Shown one piece after another: positions 1 to 10,325 of a DNA stretch of 64,000 bases; within the stretch, counting starts at the first letter, position 1; the number at the start of each line of letters is the position of its first letter. The position numbers and the translations under genes were made by a program. Origin of the DNA: Abditibacterium sp. (GTDB lineage Bacteria; Armatimonadota; Abditibacteriia; Abditibacteriales; Abditibacteriaceae); the NCBI GenBank assembly GCA_965199495.1, contig CBDASK010000003.1:4416001-4480000 (forward strand). The letters are read 5' to 3'. The notes under the pieces were generated by a model. That model saw nothing but the letters and a program-made list of their open reading frames with translations, was not told the DNA's origin and ran no database searches.

Positions 1-416
1 AGGGACTGGCTCAAGCCATCGTGGCGTGGTGCTGGAAAATATGGGGCAAGGGCGATTTGCAGCACGCCCTACTCGATCAGTCGCCGCCGTGGCTGCAAAG
101 CACGCTGGAGCATATCCGCGAAAATCCTACGATTTCGGTTCACGATTTAGCGAGCGTCGCGGGTTTTAGTCCGGCTCATTTTCGCCGTTTGTTCCACCTC
201 AATATGGGCCAGTCGCCGCGCGACTATCTGCAACACCAACGCCTCGAACTCGCCAGAAAGCTGCTCGAAACTACCGCCCTGCCCGTTTCTGCTATCGCAA
301 CCCAGACCGGATTCGCCAGCGTGTCGCACTTCACGCAAAAATGGAAAACCGCGCACGGCTCGCCGCCTCATCAATACAGAGTGTCGCGTCAGAAACATGA
401 AAACCGTAATTTCTAA
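1..416 (+). CDS. AraC-family transcriptional regulator, 5'-truncated by the window edge; close paralogue of 12973..13941
   Basis: C-terminal AraC double HTH (LASVAGFSPAHFRRLF...IATQTGFASVSHFTQKWK); DNA nearly identical to 13526-13941. Confidence 0.9.
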   Translation, partial: GLAQAIVAWCWKIWGKGDLQHALLDQSPPWLQSTLEHIRENPTISVHDLASVAGFSPAHFRRLFHLNMGQSPRDYLQHQRLELARKLLETTALPVSAIATQTGFASVSHFTQKWKTAHGSPPHQYRVSRQKHENRNF

Positions 417-466
417 AAAGATGAGCGAAAACCACTGTTTTTTGAGCTTTCTTCGTTAAATAGCGC

Positions 467-495
467 GTTTGAAACAGCAGGAATACGGGAATACT
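467..495 (+). promoter_or_regulatory. Conserved promoter motif GTTTGA-N17-AATACT
   Basis: Same motif and 17-nt spacing as 8 other sites in the window; GGG precedes the -10 box. Confidence 0.6.
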
Positions 496-663
496 TAATA
501 GCGTCATTTGAAAGCGAGGGGAGTTGTACAGTGGAAGATGAATTCCAAGTGTTGCGTAGTCCCAAGCGATTTAGTCATGAGATGAACCGACGGCAACAAG
601 TCTCTAAAAAAATGGCGAAATGTTTGAATTCCTCAACAACTGGGTAGACTATTTAAGAATGGA

Positions 664-675
664 GTTAACGTTAGC
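664..675. promoter_or_regulatory. Palindromic operator-like site (TAACGTTA core)
   Basis: gttaacgttagc upstream of a GH28-like gene; core recurs at 14971, 23775, 34556 and 34619. Confidence 0.45.
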
Positions 676-993
676 TCAGACGAATATTCCTTTGCCGTGC
701 GAGGCTGATTTACGGAAAATTCTGTGCTTGAGAAAGCAAAACTAAAGGGGTAAGCAAGGTGACTATACGCGTTATAATCAACGATTCTGCGGCTTAGGCC
801 AACAATCCGGCAGGCAGCCACGAAGATGAGAATATATTTCTCGTCCTCTGTTGGAGAGATATGTCATTCGGAAGAGATCCGACAAGCGAGAGACTTTCGC
901 TGCGCTTTCGGTGTATCTTTCCCTCTTTACTTCTTAGTTGTTCAGTCGGTAAGTCTTTTTCCGCACGATTGAAACCGAATCTATTGAAAAACC

Positions 994-2316
994 ATGAAAA
1001 ATTTTATGGCTCTTACGTGCGTCGGCCTTGCCGTTTTGTTCCACACGTCGTTGGCGCACAGCAAAACACTGAATGCGGTTAGCGACTACAAGGCCGACAG
1101 CACGGGGAAAACATATGCCACGGCGAACATTCAAAACGCCATTGATGCGTGCAATCCCGGCGATACGTTGCTGATACCTGACGGGACATACCTGATGAAT
1201 AGTGGTTTGGATTTAAAATCCGACATGACAGTCATCCTGTCAAAAAACGCTCTGGTTCAGGCGAATACTGTGAACGTTTGGTTGAAAAATGGAAGTCCGT
1301 TGTTTTCTGCAAACAACTTGAAGAATGTCACGATTACGGGCGGCGGAACAATTGACGGCGGCGGACTGGTTTACCCCAGAGGAAAATACTCCCTGCCCAG
1401 ACCCGGAAACGGCATTCGGTTTAACAATTGTTCCGACATGACGATTCGCAATGTGACGGTGCGAAACATTCCCGGCTTTTCCGTTGATTACGTTAATTCG
1501 ACCAATATCACGGCGGATTCCGTTACTATCCGAGGGCGGGGCTTCTTCAACCTGAAAGGATCGTCCGATGGTATGGATATAGAAGGCAGTTCGCACGTTA
1601 CGATCACGAACTGCAACATCGAAGTTGGCGATGATGCGCTTTGTATCAAGTCCAACGACATCGAGCATCCCTGCCATGACATTAGGGCGCGCCACTGCAC
1701 GTTGGCTTCCACTTGCAACGCTTTTAAAATAGGCACCAACACAAACGGCGAGGTTTATAACATTGTGGCTGACGGCGTAATCGTCAACAAACACTCGAAT
1801 CCGGGCACGGGTAATCCGGTGCCGACGGGCGATTGTATCGCCGCCATTGCTTTAGAAAGCAACGACCACAATCGCGTCCACGATGTGGTTTGCCGGAACT
1901 TTACCATCAACAGTTGCTATTGTCCGGTTTTCATTGAATTACAAAACCGGCAGTCGAGAGAGAAAGGCGATATCGGCCAGTTGGACACGATTTTAATCGA
2001 AAACGTCAACTGCCTGAAATCGGTGGCTCAACCGATCATCTTTAACTGGCAGACCGGCGAGCCGAACCAAATAAAGAACGTAACACTCAACAATGTCACC
2101 GTCCACAACTATGGAAAAGACATGGGTTCTAACCTCACTCCAATGGACGGTGGCTACCCAGACGCCAATCATAACGGAATCGCCAACGCCTACGGCATCT
2201 GGGCGCGCGGCGTGGAGGGATTGACGTTGAAAAATTGCAAGTTCACTGATGACGGCGGAAGCCAACGGGAAAAATTTGTCTTCCAAAACGTAAATGCGAG
2301 CGCGATTGGCAAATGA
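994..2316 (+). CDS. Secreted GH28-like / pectin-lyase-fold beta-helix glycoside hydrolase
   Basis: Signal peptide; IQNAIDAC, SSDGMD, GDDALCIKS and AFKIGT motifs; beta-helix repeats. Confidence 0.8.
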   Translation: MKNFMALTCVGLAVLFHTSLAHSKTLNAVSDYKADSTGKTYATANIQNAIDACNPGDTLLIPDGTYLMNSGLDLKSDMTVILSKNALVQANTVNVWLKNGSPLFSANNLKNVTITGGGTIDGGGLVYPRGKYSLPRPGNGIRFNNCSDMTIRNVTVRNIPGFSVDYVNSTNITADSVTIRGRGFFNLKGSSDGMDIEGSSHVTITNCNIEVGDDALCIKSNDIEHPCHDIRARHCTLASTCNAFKIGTNTNGEVYNIVADGVIVNKHSNPGTGNPVPTGDCIAAIALESNDHNRVHDVVCRNFTINSCYCPVFIELQNRQSREKGDIGQLDTILIENVNCLKSVAQPIIFNWQTGEPNQIKNVTLNNVTVHNYGKDMGSNLTPMDGGYPDANHNGIANAYGIWARGVEGLTLKNCKFTDDGGSQREKFVFQNVNASAIGK

Positions 2317-2380
2317 ATGAGGCGCAATGTTACGAAGCCTCACCCCAGCCACGCCGCCAGAGTGCGGCCAAAATTGAATC

Positions 2381-3487
2381 ATGAAAAACATCAAACATAG
2401 CTTTCTTCTCGGTCTCCTACTAACGCTTCCTTCCCCCATGCTTTTTGCGCAACAGAACGCCGACGCCACCAAAACAGCCACGCCGTGCATGAATGTTCTG
2501 GGCCGCTTCACCGCACCCGATGTGCCCGCGATGGGGCCAGCCGAAGCCGAAGCGCCGATTGGCGGTTGGACGAATGGCATTACGCCGGATAATCTGCCCG
2601 GCAAAGGGTTAGGGCAACACTCGATGCTTTATGTGGGCGAGAACTACAACAAAATGTTTTTGGTTCACGACGGCAAAGTGATTTGGACGTATTCGACCGG
2701 CAAGGGCTACGAATACGACGATGTGTGGATGCTTTCCAACGGCAACATCTTGTTCACGCGGATGCAATACATTGCGGAGATTACGCCAGATAAAAAAGTC
2801 GTCTGGCGCTACGACTGCAATAACACGCCCGGCGCCACTCACACCGAAATTCATACCTGCCAGCCGCTGGGTTTGGACAGAGTAATGTTCGTCGAAAACG
2901 GCGTGCCGCCGCGCTTAAAAATCATCAACATCAAAACCGGCGCCGTCGAAGTTGACCACGAAATTCCGTTCGGCCCCGCCGGTCAACCCATCGATCCCAA
3001 TGGCATTCACGGACAGTTTCGCCGCGCGCGTGTCACGGCGCAGGGCACGTATCTGCTGTCTTATCTGACGCAAAATCAGGTCGTGGAATACGACAAAGAT
3101 TGGAAAGAGATTTGGAAATATCCTATCAAATCGCCCTGGGCGGCGCTACGCCTGAACAACGGCAACACGCTGATTACCGACGAAGGCGAACATTTGACGC
3201 GCGAAGTCAATCCCAAAGGCGAAACGGTGTGGGAATTCAATACCGACGAATTGCCCGCGCAATACAAACTCGCTTCGGCACCGCAGAGTTGCACGCGGCT
3301 GGCCAACGGCAACACAATTTTCACATCACGCGGCGGCAACGGCGAAGGCCCGCAATTCATCGAAATCACGCCAGATAAGAAAGTCGTCTGGGTGCTGCAA
3401 GATTGGAAAACGCTCGGTGGCTCCTCCGCCGTGCAGATTTTGGATGACCCCGGCATTCCCGAAATTCCCGGACAATCGGAACACTGA
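2381..3487 (+). CDS. Secreted beta-propeller protein (PQQ-like/arylsulfotransferase-like repeats), function unknown
   Basis: Signal peptide; repeated L.NGN.L and EITPDKKVVW blade motifs. Confidence 0.7.
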   Translation: MKNIKHSFLLGLLLTLPSPMLFAQQNADATKTATPCMNVLGRFTAPDVPAMGPAEAEAPIGGWTNGITPDNLPGKGLGQHSMLYVGENYNKMFLVHDGKVIWTYSTGKGYEYDDVWMLSNGNILFTRMQYIAEITPDKKVVWRYDCNNTPGATHTEIHTCQPLGLDRVMFVENGVPPRLKIINIKTGAVEVDHEIPFGPAGQPIDPNGIHGQFRRARVTAQGTYLLSYLTQNQVVEYDKDWKEIWKYPIKSPWAALRLNNGNTLITDEGEHLTREVNPKGETVWEFNTDELPAQYKLASAPQSCTRLANGNTIFTSRGGNGEGPQFIEITPDKKVVWVLQDWKTLGGSSAVQILDDPGIPEIPGQSEH

Positions 3488-3511
3488 ACCAAGCAGGACA
3501 AAAAACCGGTC

Positions 3512-3550
3512 GGAAACTGCGCGACGCGTTTTCACGCGTCGCGCAGTTTC
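3512..3550. terminator. GC-rich hairpin between the two propeller genes
   Basis: gaaactgcgcgacgcgt...acgcgtcgcgcagtttc inverted repeat. Confidence 0.5.
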
Positions 3551-3575
3551 GCGGCTCAAAGTGAATAGAACATCA

Positions 3576-5648
3576 ATGATATTTTCGACACGTTACGGTC
3601 GGCGCAACAGCCGTCCTTTCCCCACCTTGGCGCACTACGGCCTCGCCGTGGCTGTAGGTTTGGCGGCGCATCCGGCCATAGCCCAGACTGCCAATGTTTT
3701 AAAGTCGCATAACGATTTGGCGAACACCGGGCAGAACCTGCAAGAAACGACGCTCACTCCGGCGCTGCTGCGTTCGGGGCGTTTCGATTTGTTGTTTCGG
3801 ATTCCCGTCGATGCGAACGTTGGGCCGAACGTGGAACACAACCTGAGCGGTGTGCAGATTTACGCGCAGCCTTTGTATATGGCGGGCGTGTCGTTGCCCG
3901 ATGGCACACGGCATAATATTCTGTTTGTCGCCACCGAACACGATACGGTTTACGCTTTCGATGCCGATACCGGCGCGCAACTGTGGAAGCGCACCGATTT
4001 CTCCGATGGCGTCAAGCGCCGGGCGTTTCCGGGCAACGGCGACTTGCAGCCGGAAATCGGCATCACCGGCACGCCTGTCATTGACCCGGCGACGGGCACG
4101 CTTTACCTCGTTGCTCTGTCGCGCACTGGCGATGCGTCGAAACCCAGCGACTTTCATCAGAACCTCATCGCACTCGATTGCGCGACGGGCGCCAACAAAT
4201 TCGCTCCTAATTTCCCCCTTGAAATCACCGCGACTTCGATGGGCACCGAAGGGCGCCCCGAAACCGGGCCGATTCCGTTTCGCCCCGATTTGGCCAACCA
4301 AAGGTGCGGGCTGGTTCTCAACAACGGCAAGGTTTATATCGCGTGGGCGTCGTTTCAGGACAAAGGGCCATATCACGGCTGGGTCATGGCCTACGATGCG
4401 CGCAGTGGAGCGCAAAAAGCCGCGCTCAACATTTCGCCGAGCGTGGCGAAATATGGCGCGGGCATCTGGCAAAGCGGCGGCGCGCCCTCGATTGATGACG
4501 CCGGAAACCTTTTTATCTCGACCGGAAACGGCGTCTTCGATGCTCCGACGGGAAATTGGGGCGAATGCTTTCTCAAAATCAATGGCAACACGCTCCAGGT
4601 CACGGATTATTTTTGTCCGTATAACCACGAAAAATTGGACGAGGGCGACGCCGATTTGGGCACGAGCGGACTGCTGCTGTTGCCGGATGGCGTCGGTAGC
4701 GCGACGCACCGGCGCCTGATGTTTTCGGGCGGCAAAGTCGGGTCGCTTTATCTGGCGGATCGGGATGATCTCGGCCACTTTGACGCGACCAAAAACAACG
4801 TCGTTCAGGAGATCGAACTGACGGATAGCAACGGACGCAACAGCAAACGCGGCCACGGCCTTTATAGCGTTCCGGCCTACTTCAACGGCTCGGTTTATTA
4901 TCTGCGAACCGGCGAATATCTCAAACGCGTGCCGATTATAAACGGGCTTTTGCAAGAAGCGCAAACCGTCGTCAACGCCGCGCAGAACTTCGGATTTCCG
5001 GGCGCAACGCCCAGCATTTCGGCCAATGGCACCCGTAACGGCCTCGTGTGGGCGACGGAATCCTATGACGCATCGGGTTCCAACATGGGAGACCACGCCA
5101 ATCCGGGCCATTTGCGCCTGCACGCCTACGACGCCACGACCTTGGAAGAACTCTTCAACAGCGGCGACACCGCGCCGACCATTGACGGCACCGTTTACCG
5201 CAACTTCATGAAGTTCAACCCGCCGACGGTCACCAACGGCCACGTCTACGTGGCGACGGGCGGCGCCATCATGGTTTACGGCGTGAAATCGCCGCTGGCG
5301 GGCGCGGATGTCACGGCGCAAGTCAAAATCAAGCGCGGCAAAATCAAGCGCGACAAAGCGACGGGCCTGATGACTCAAGTCGTTACCTTGACCAACCGGA
5401 GTAAAGTGGCTCTTCCCGGCCCCGTTTCGTTGATGTTGGACGATTTAAATACGGGAGTGAGGCTTGGTCTGCAAAACGGAAGCGGTAACGGCTCCGGCGG
5501 TTCCGGCGTGTTCTACCACAATTTTCCCGCGTTAGCCCCCAAACAAAGTGTCCAAACCGTGCTGAAATTCGCGCCGTCGGCTTCAAGCACAGCGAAACCT
5601 AAAGTTGATTACACCCCGCGTATTCTCGCTGGCGGCGAAGCGCGTTAA
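3576..5648 (+). CDS. Secreted PQQ-type beta-propeller protein with extra C-terminal beta domain
   Basis: QIYAQPLY, VYAFDADTGAQLW, EIGITGTPVIDPATGTLY, GIWQSGG and DADLG motifs; ATG at 3576 gives a signal peptide. Confidence 0.75.
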   Translation: MIFSTRYGRRNSRPFPTLAHYGLAVAVGLAAHPAIAQTANVLKSHNDLANTGQNLQETTLTPALLRSGRFDLLFRIPVDANVGPNVEHNLSGVQIYAQPLYMAGVSLPDGTRHNILFVATEHDTVYAFDADTGAQLWKRTDFSDGVKRRAFPGNGDLQPEIGITGTPVIDPATGTLYLVALSRTGDASKPSDFHQNLIALDCATGANKFAPNFPLEITATSMGTEGRPETGPIPFRPDLANQRCGLVLNNGKVYIAWASFQDKGPYHGWVMAYDARSGAQKAALNISPSVAKYGAGIWQSGGAPSIDDAGNLFISTGNGVFDAPTGNWGECFLKINGNTLQVTDYFCPYNHEKLDEGDADLGTSGLLLLPDGVGSATHRRLMFSGGKVGSLYLADRDDLGHFDATKNNVVQEIELTDSNGRNSKRGHGLYSVPAYFNGSVYYLRTGEYLKRVPIINGLLQEAQTVVNAAQNFGFPGATPSISANGTRNGLVWATESYDASGSNMGDHANPGHLRLHAYDATTLEELFNSGDTAPTIDGTVYRNFMKFNPPTVTNGHVYVATGGAIMVYGVKSPLAGADVTAQVKIKRGKIKRDKATGLMTQVVTLTNRSKVALPGPVSLMLDDLNTGVRLGLQNGSGNGSGGSGVFYHNFPALAPKQSVQTVLKFAPSASSTAKPKVDYTPRILAGGEAR

Positions 5649-5696
5649 AGTGCGATGTCAGCAAGGGCAGACAGGCCAAGAAATAAAAAGAGGAAT

Positions 5697-7247
5697 ATGA
5701 CCTTCAACCCCAATAATCTTCAATCGCTTCGTTTGCCGTTGAAGAAATCGGCAATGAACTCAACGGCGATTTGCGCTGTGCTTGTCGCCGGTTTCGGTTT
5801 TTCGTCTCCCTGTATGGCACAACCAATCAAAAGCCTCGTTCCCACAACCACGAATACGTCGCCCGATTATTTTTGCACATGGAATACTCAGGGTTATTCT
5901 ACGAGCTACGTCAAGGGAAAAGAGCAAGGCCAGATGAAGGACGCCATCCGGGAAAGCCAGATGTTTGGCCAAGGGCCTTATCAGAACTGGCTGGGCCAAT
6001 ATCCCAAAGTTCGAGGCGACCTCACTTTCTTGATGGACGAAGGTTGGGATTTGCCGGACGAGAAAATCATGATTCTGCCCGACAGGTTTCCGTCTTATGC
6101 CGCCGCGAGTCAGCCGGAAAGTTTTAAGAACCTCGCGGATGCCGTGAAGAACAAAGGCTGGCGCGGTCTGGGTTTGTGGATGCGGGCGGACAAACAGACC
6201 GATGAGTTTTGGTCGGAGCGTCTGCGCTGGATGAAAGCCAGTGGCGTGGATTACTGGAAAGTGGATTATGGCAATGACAGCCGCGACGAAGCGTGGCGCC
6301 ACCATTTGACCGATTTAGGTCGGGAAATAGACCCCGATTTGACCATCGAAACGGCGATGATTCCGCACGCGATCACCTGGGCAGACACCTACCGAACCTA
6401 TGACGTGGATGTGCCGCTCTCGATTCCGCAAACGCTCAGTCGCGTTGTTCCTCTGCTGGCGTTCAAAGCGCAGCCACCGACGACGGGCATCATTAACGTC
6501 GAGGACGAGATGAACATGGGTGCGGCTTTGGGCTGCGCCGTGGGCGTGATGCGCCACAGTTTTGCTGGCGATTTGCCCAACGGACGGCAGGATTTCGCGT
6601 TTCCGCCGGTGACGCGCGATGTCAAACGCTGCATGGATGAAGTCGTGCGCGCCGTTCGCTGGCATCGCATCGCGCCCGCGTTTGGCGTGGGCGCCAATAC
6701 CGTCGCTATTTCCACCGAGAATTTGACCGATAGTTTCCTCTTTCAAAAAGACGAATCGTGGCGCCACGCTGAAGGCAAAGTCGTATCGGAAACCGCTCCG
6801 GCGGCGATCACGCGCGGGTTGCCCTTGCCAACTGTGACGCTGGCGATTGGCGAAGTCAAACCCTTCGTCGTCGCTTCGCGCAACCCCAATGGCGCCGTGA
6901 GCGTGGCGACGTTGGGACGAACCCTTGGCTCAACCGCCGAGGCTCGCCAGTGGGTGACCGGCGCCGTGGCTGATGTCGCGCTGCCAGTCGGCGAGAATGC
7001 CGGGCCAATCGGCATCTTTGGCCGCTACCATTCTCTGACGCTCACTTTCGACAAACCCATCGCCGGACACCAGATACTGGCGCAGGATTTGGCCGGTGAA
7101 GAAGCCGAGGACATCACCAAGCTCGTTTGGATTGCGGGCAACCAAATCGTGATTCCCGGCAGCGTGATCGACCGCGTCGGTCTGAGTGCGGCCACGCCGG
7201 GCGATAACTCCGAGCCGGGTCTGGTGCTGGTTGTTCGCAACCATTGA
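5697..7247 (+). CDS. Secreted glycoside hydrolase-like TIM-barrel protein (clan D-like, family unclear)
   Basis: YFCTW, MDEGWD, GLGLW, DYWKVDYG and YRTYDV resemble GH27/36 motifs; start could be 5697 or 5754. Confidence 0.6.
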   Translation: MTFNPNNLQSLRLPLKKSAMNSTAICAVLVAGFGFSSPCMAQPIKSLVPTTTNTSPDYFCTWNTQGYSTSYVKGKEQGQMKDAIRESQMFGQGPYQNWLGQYPKVRGDLTFLMDEGWDLPDEKIMILPDRFPSYAAASQPESFKNLADAVKNKGWRGLGLWMRADKQTDEFWSERLRWMKASGVDYWKVDYGNDSRDEAWRHHLTDLGREIDPDLTIETAMIPHAITWADTYRTYDVDVPLSIPQTLSRVVPLLAFKAQPPTTGIINVEDEMNMGAALGCAVGVMRHSFAGDLPNGRQDFAFPPVTRDVKRCMDEVVRAVRWHRIAPAFGVGANTVAISTENLTDSFLFQKDESWRHAEGKVVSETAPAAITRGLPLPTVTLAIGEVKPFVVASRNPNGAVSVATLGRTLGSTAEARQWVTGAVADVALPVGENAGPIGIFGRYHSLTLTFDKPIAGHQILAQDLAGEEAEDITKLVWIAGNQIVIPGSVIDRVGLSAATPGDNSEPGLVLVVRNH

Positions 7248-7340
7248 AACGTTCCTGAGCCGCATCGCTCAGGAGAGCCAAGGCGCCATAACCGAAACAG
7301 TGACTGCGGATCAGCGTCTTAATGACTTCAGGTTAAAAAT

Positions 7341-8441
7341 ATGAAACTCAACTCTTCTTCTCATCTCCAAAAACTGGTCGCCGTGACAATTGCGTCCTCC
7401 ACCCTTTTCGCGGTCACTGACCGCGCTCATGCCTTCACCAGTGCCGATGCCGACACCGCTGTGGACGCCTATCTCAAGAATTTTGTGCGCTCGGAAGGCG
7501 AAAACTCCTTCATCAAGGGCAAACAGGACGGCGGCAATACGGGCTTCTGGCAGGAAATCGAACAAGTCGAGGGCATCGAGGACGCCAATGACCGCACCGG
7601 TGGCGCCTACAAAACTCAGGTGACCGCTCTGCTCAACGGATTCATCAAGGAACATGGCAGCAATTGGTCAAACAACGACTTCAACGATGACATCTCCTGG
7701 GCCGTCATCGCTTATGTGCGCGGCTATCGGGCGACGGGCGACAAAAAGTTCCTCAACATCGCGCAAAGCAACTTCGATATGATGTTCGCGCGCGCTTGGG
7801 ATCCGGCTAAGGGCGCGCTTTTTTGGAAGACTGACAACAAAAGCTACAACTCCTGCATCGAGTGTCCGGCGGGCATCGCCGCCTTTTTGCTCAGTCAGGA
7901 ACTCAAGGATTCGAGCTACGAAACCAGAGCGCGCAACCTCTACAACTGGAACAAAGCGAATTTGTTCGATGCCCAGACCGGCGCGGTGTTGGATTCGGTC
8001 AGCACAGCCGGCAAAATGAACACTTGGTCGAGCACCTATAATCAGGGGACATTCGTCGGTCTGGCCAACTTTCTGGGCGAAACAGCCACCGCGAAGCTGG
8101 CGGCGGACTACACCATGAACAAGATGGGCAAAGCCAACGCGAGCGGGTTTATGATCCTGCCGCAATACAACGCGGGCGGCGGCGACCTCGCGGGCTTTCA
8201 TTCCATCGGACTGCGCTGGATTTCCAAGTTCATGAAAGATAACAAGCTGGAAGCCACCTATTTGCCGTGGTTGCAGGCCAACGCCGATGCCGCATGGGAG
8301 ATGCGGCGCACTTCGGATAATCTGGGATGGAATCGCTGGCTCGAACCTACGCCCCAAAACGACGTGCTGCATTCGTGGGATGCCATCAGCACGATGGTGG
8401 CATTGCAAGTCGTGCCTACTGATAAAAAACCCCAACCTTGA
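7341..8441 (+). CDS. GH76 glycoside hydrolase (alpha-1,6-mannanase-like)
   Basis: FNDDISW catalytic Asp pair; STYNQGTFVG; signal peptide. Confidence 0.85.
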   Translation: MKLNSSSHLQKLVAVTIASSTLFAVTDRAHAFTSADADTAVDAYLKNFVRSEGENSFIKGKQDGGNTGFWQEIEQVEGIEDANDRTGGAYKTQVTALLNGFIKEHGSNWSNNDFNDDISWAVIAYVRGYRATGDKKFLNIAQSNFDMMFARAWDPAKGALFWKTDNKSYNSCIECPAGIAAFLLSQELKDSSYETRARNLYNWNKANLFDAQTGAVLDSVSTAGKMNTWSSTYNQGTFVGLANFLGETATAKLAADYTMNKMGKANASGFMILPQYNAGGGDLAGFHSIGLRWISKFMKDNKLEATYLPWLQANADAAWEMRRTSDNLGWNRWLEPTPQNDVLHSWDAISTMVALQVVPTDKKPQP

Positions 8442-8474
8442 AGCACGACTGACCTCCGTCAACGATAACAACCT

Positions 8475-10058
8475 ATGAAAGAATTCCATTCTTTATCGGC
8501 GCTTTTGTGCCTCGGTCTGCTCGCAGCCCATGCTTGCGAGGCCGCGCCAGCCGTTTCGGTAACAGTAGCCACGGCGCCCGCCCAGAACGGCGAAACCAAC
8601 GTGCGCGCTTTCGGCGCGCGCGGCGACGGTAAAAATTTGGATTCTCCGGCCATCAATCGCGCTATCGCCGCCGCGTCGGCGGCGGGCGGTGGCACGGTGC
8701 TGTTGCCAGCAGGAACTTATCTGTCGGTTTCGATTCATCTGCAAAGCAATATCCGCTTGCATCTCGAACCCGGCGCGATTCTGCTGGCGGCACCGCGCAC
8801 CGCGACACAGCGTTACGACGCCGCAGAAGAGAACGCTTCGACCGAGTTTCAAGATTTCGGTCACAGTCACTGGCAAAACAGCTTCATCTGGGGCATCGGA
8901 TTGGAAAATGTCACCATTGACGGGCCGGGCGAAATCTATGGCAAAGGCTTGATTCGGGACGACAATGGCGCCAAGAATGATGGCGAAGGCAACAAGGCCA
9001 TTGCTCTGAAAAATTGCCGTAACGTCAACCTCAGCGACTTCACGATGCGGCACGGTGGCTGGTTCGCTATTTTAGCGACGGGCGTAGATAATTTCACAAT
9101 TGACAACCTCAAGCTCGACACCAACCGCGACGGCATGGACATAGATTGCTGTCGCAACGTGCGCGTTTCCAATTGCAGCGTCAACTCGCCCGGCGATGAC
9201 GGCATTTGTCTGAAAAGTTCGTTCGCCTTGAACGAAGCGCGCGCGACCGAAAACGTGACGGTTTCCAATTGCTTCGTGAGCGGTTATAAAGAGGGCACGC
9301 TGCTCGACGGCACGCGCGTTTATGATTACAAGCAACCCGCGACGGGCACTGGCCCCAGCCCAAACGGGCGCATCAAGTTCGGCACGGAATCCAACGGCGG
9401 CTTCAAGAACATCACGATTTCCAATTGTATTTTCGAGAAGTGTCGCGGCTTAGCCCTCGAAACCGTGGATGGCGGATTGCTGGAAGACGTGACGATCAGC
9501 AACATCACCATGCGCGATGTCAACAACGCGCCGATTTTCCTGCGTCTGGGAAGCCGGATGCGCGGCCCCAAAGATACGCCCATCGGAAAATTGCGCCGCG
9601 TTAATATCTCGAATCTGGTGGTTTACAATGCCGACAACGCTCACTCGTCCATCATTAGCGGCATTCCCGGCAACCCGATTGAAGACGTGACGCTGAGCAA
9701 TATCCAAATTTGGGGCAAAGGCGGCGGCACGAAAGAACTGGCCGCCATCGAGCCGCCCGAAATGGAAACCGGTTACCCCGAACCCTACAAAATGGGGCAG
9801 TTTCCTTCTTACGGTTTTTATCTGCGTCACATCAAAGGGCTAACAATGGATAATATCCAGATTCATTCGCTCGCGGATGACGCGCGCCCGCCGTTCGTTC
9901 TCAACGATGTGAATGACGCCGATTTCTTCCGCATCAAAGCGCAACGCGCGGCGGGAATTCCGGTTTTCGCCGTGAAAAATTCTTCCAATTTTTCCGTTCG
10001 TATGGTAAATGGAACTCAGGACAAACAATCAACGGCTCTTTACAACGGGAATTTCTAA
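8475..10058 (+). CDS. GH28-family glycoside hydrolase, secreted
   Basis: NVRAFGARGDG, NRDGMDIDCC, DDGICLKS, GRIKFGTESNGGF. Confidence 0.9.
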   Translation: MKEFHSLSALLCLGLLAAHACEAAPAVSVTVATAPAQNGETNVRAFGARGDGKNLDSPAINRAIAAASAAGGGTVLLPAGTYLSVSIHLQSNIRLHLEPGAILLAAPRTATQRYDAAEENASTEFQDFGHSHWQNSFIWGIGLENVTIDGPGEIYGKGLIRDDNGAKNDGEGNKAIALKNCRNVNLSDFTMRHGGWFAILATGVDNFTIDNLKLDTNRDGMDIDCCRNVRVSNCSVNSPGDDGICLKSSFALNEARATENVTVSNCFVSGYKEGTLLDGTRVYDYKQPATGTGPSPNGRIKFGTESNGGFKNITISNCIFEKCRGLALETVDGGLLEDVTISNITMRDVNNAPIFLRLGSRMRGPKDTPIGKLRRVNISNLVVYNADNAHSSIISGIPGNPIEDVTLSNIQIWGKGGGTKELAAIEPPEMETGYPEPYKMGQFPSYGFYLRHIKGLTMDNIQIHSLADDARPPFVLNDVNDADFFRIKAQRAAGIPVFAVKNSSNFSVRMVNGTQDKQSTALYNGNF

Positions 10059-10325
10059 TTGAGTTCGATTAATCTTGAGTTTTCAAGGTTTTGGAATCTG
10101 GCAATTCTGTAAAAACGCGTTGACAGCCTACCCAAATAGAGCGAGTCTCAATGAAATGCCGTCTTTGCTGTGAATTTGAATTTGGGCGAAGTACGCCTTA
10201 TTCTGCGAGTAAAACCTTACGGGCGGACGCCTACTTTGTGTCAACTATCGGTCATCAAGCAAGCGAAGAAACTGTGCAAAAGTTACCTTCGCTTTCAAAT
10301 CTCCGTTGTCTGCGGTGGAGATGCT

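Noticed and set aside
500..990. Possible small gene or riboswitch in the AT-rich spacer
   Set aside because: Short ORFs lack motifs and I recognised no known RNA structure
3699..5378. Long antisense ORFs (also 38474..40633, 46704..48311, 62695..63858)
   Set aside because: Shadow frames opposite well-supported genes in GC-rich DNA; no family motifs
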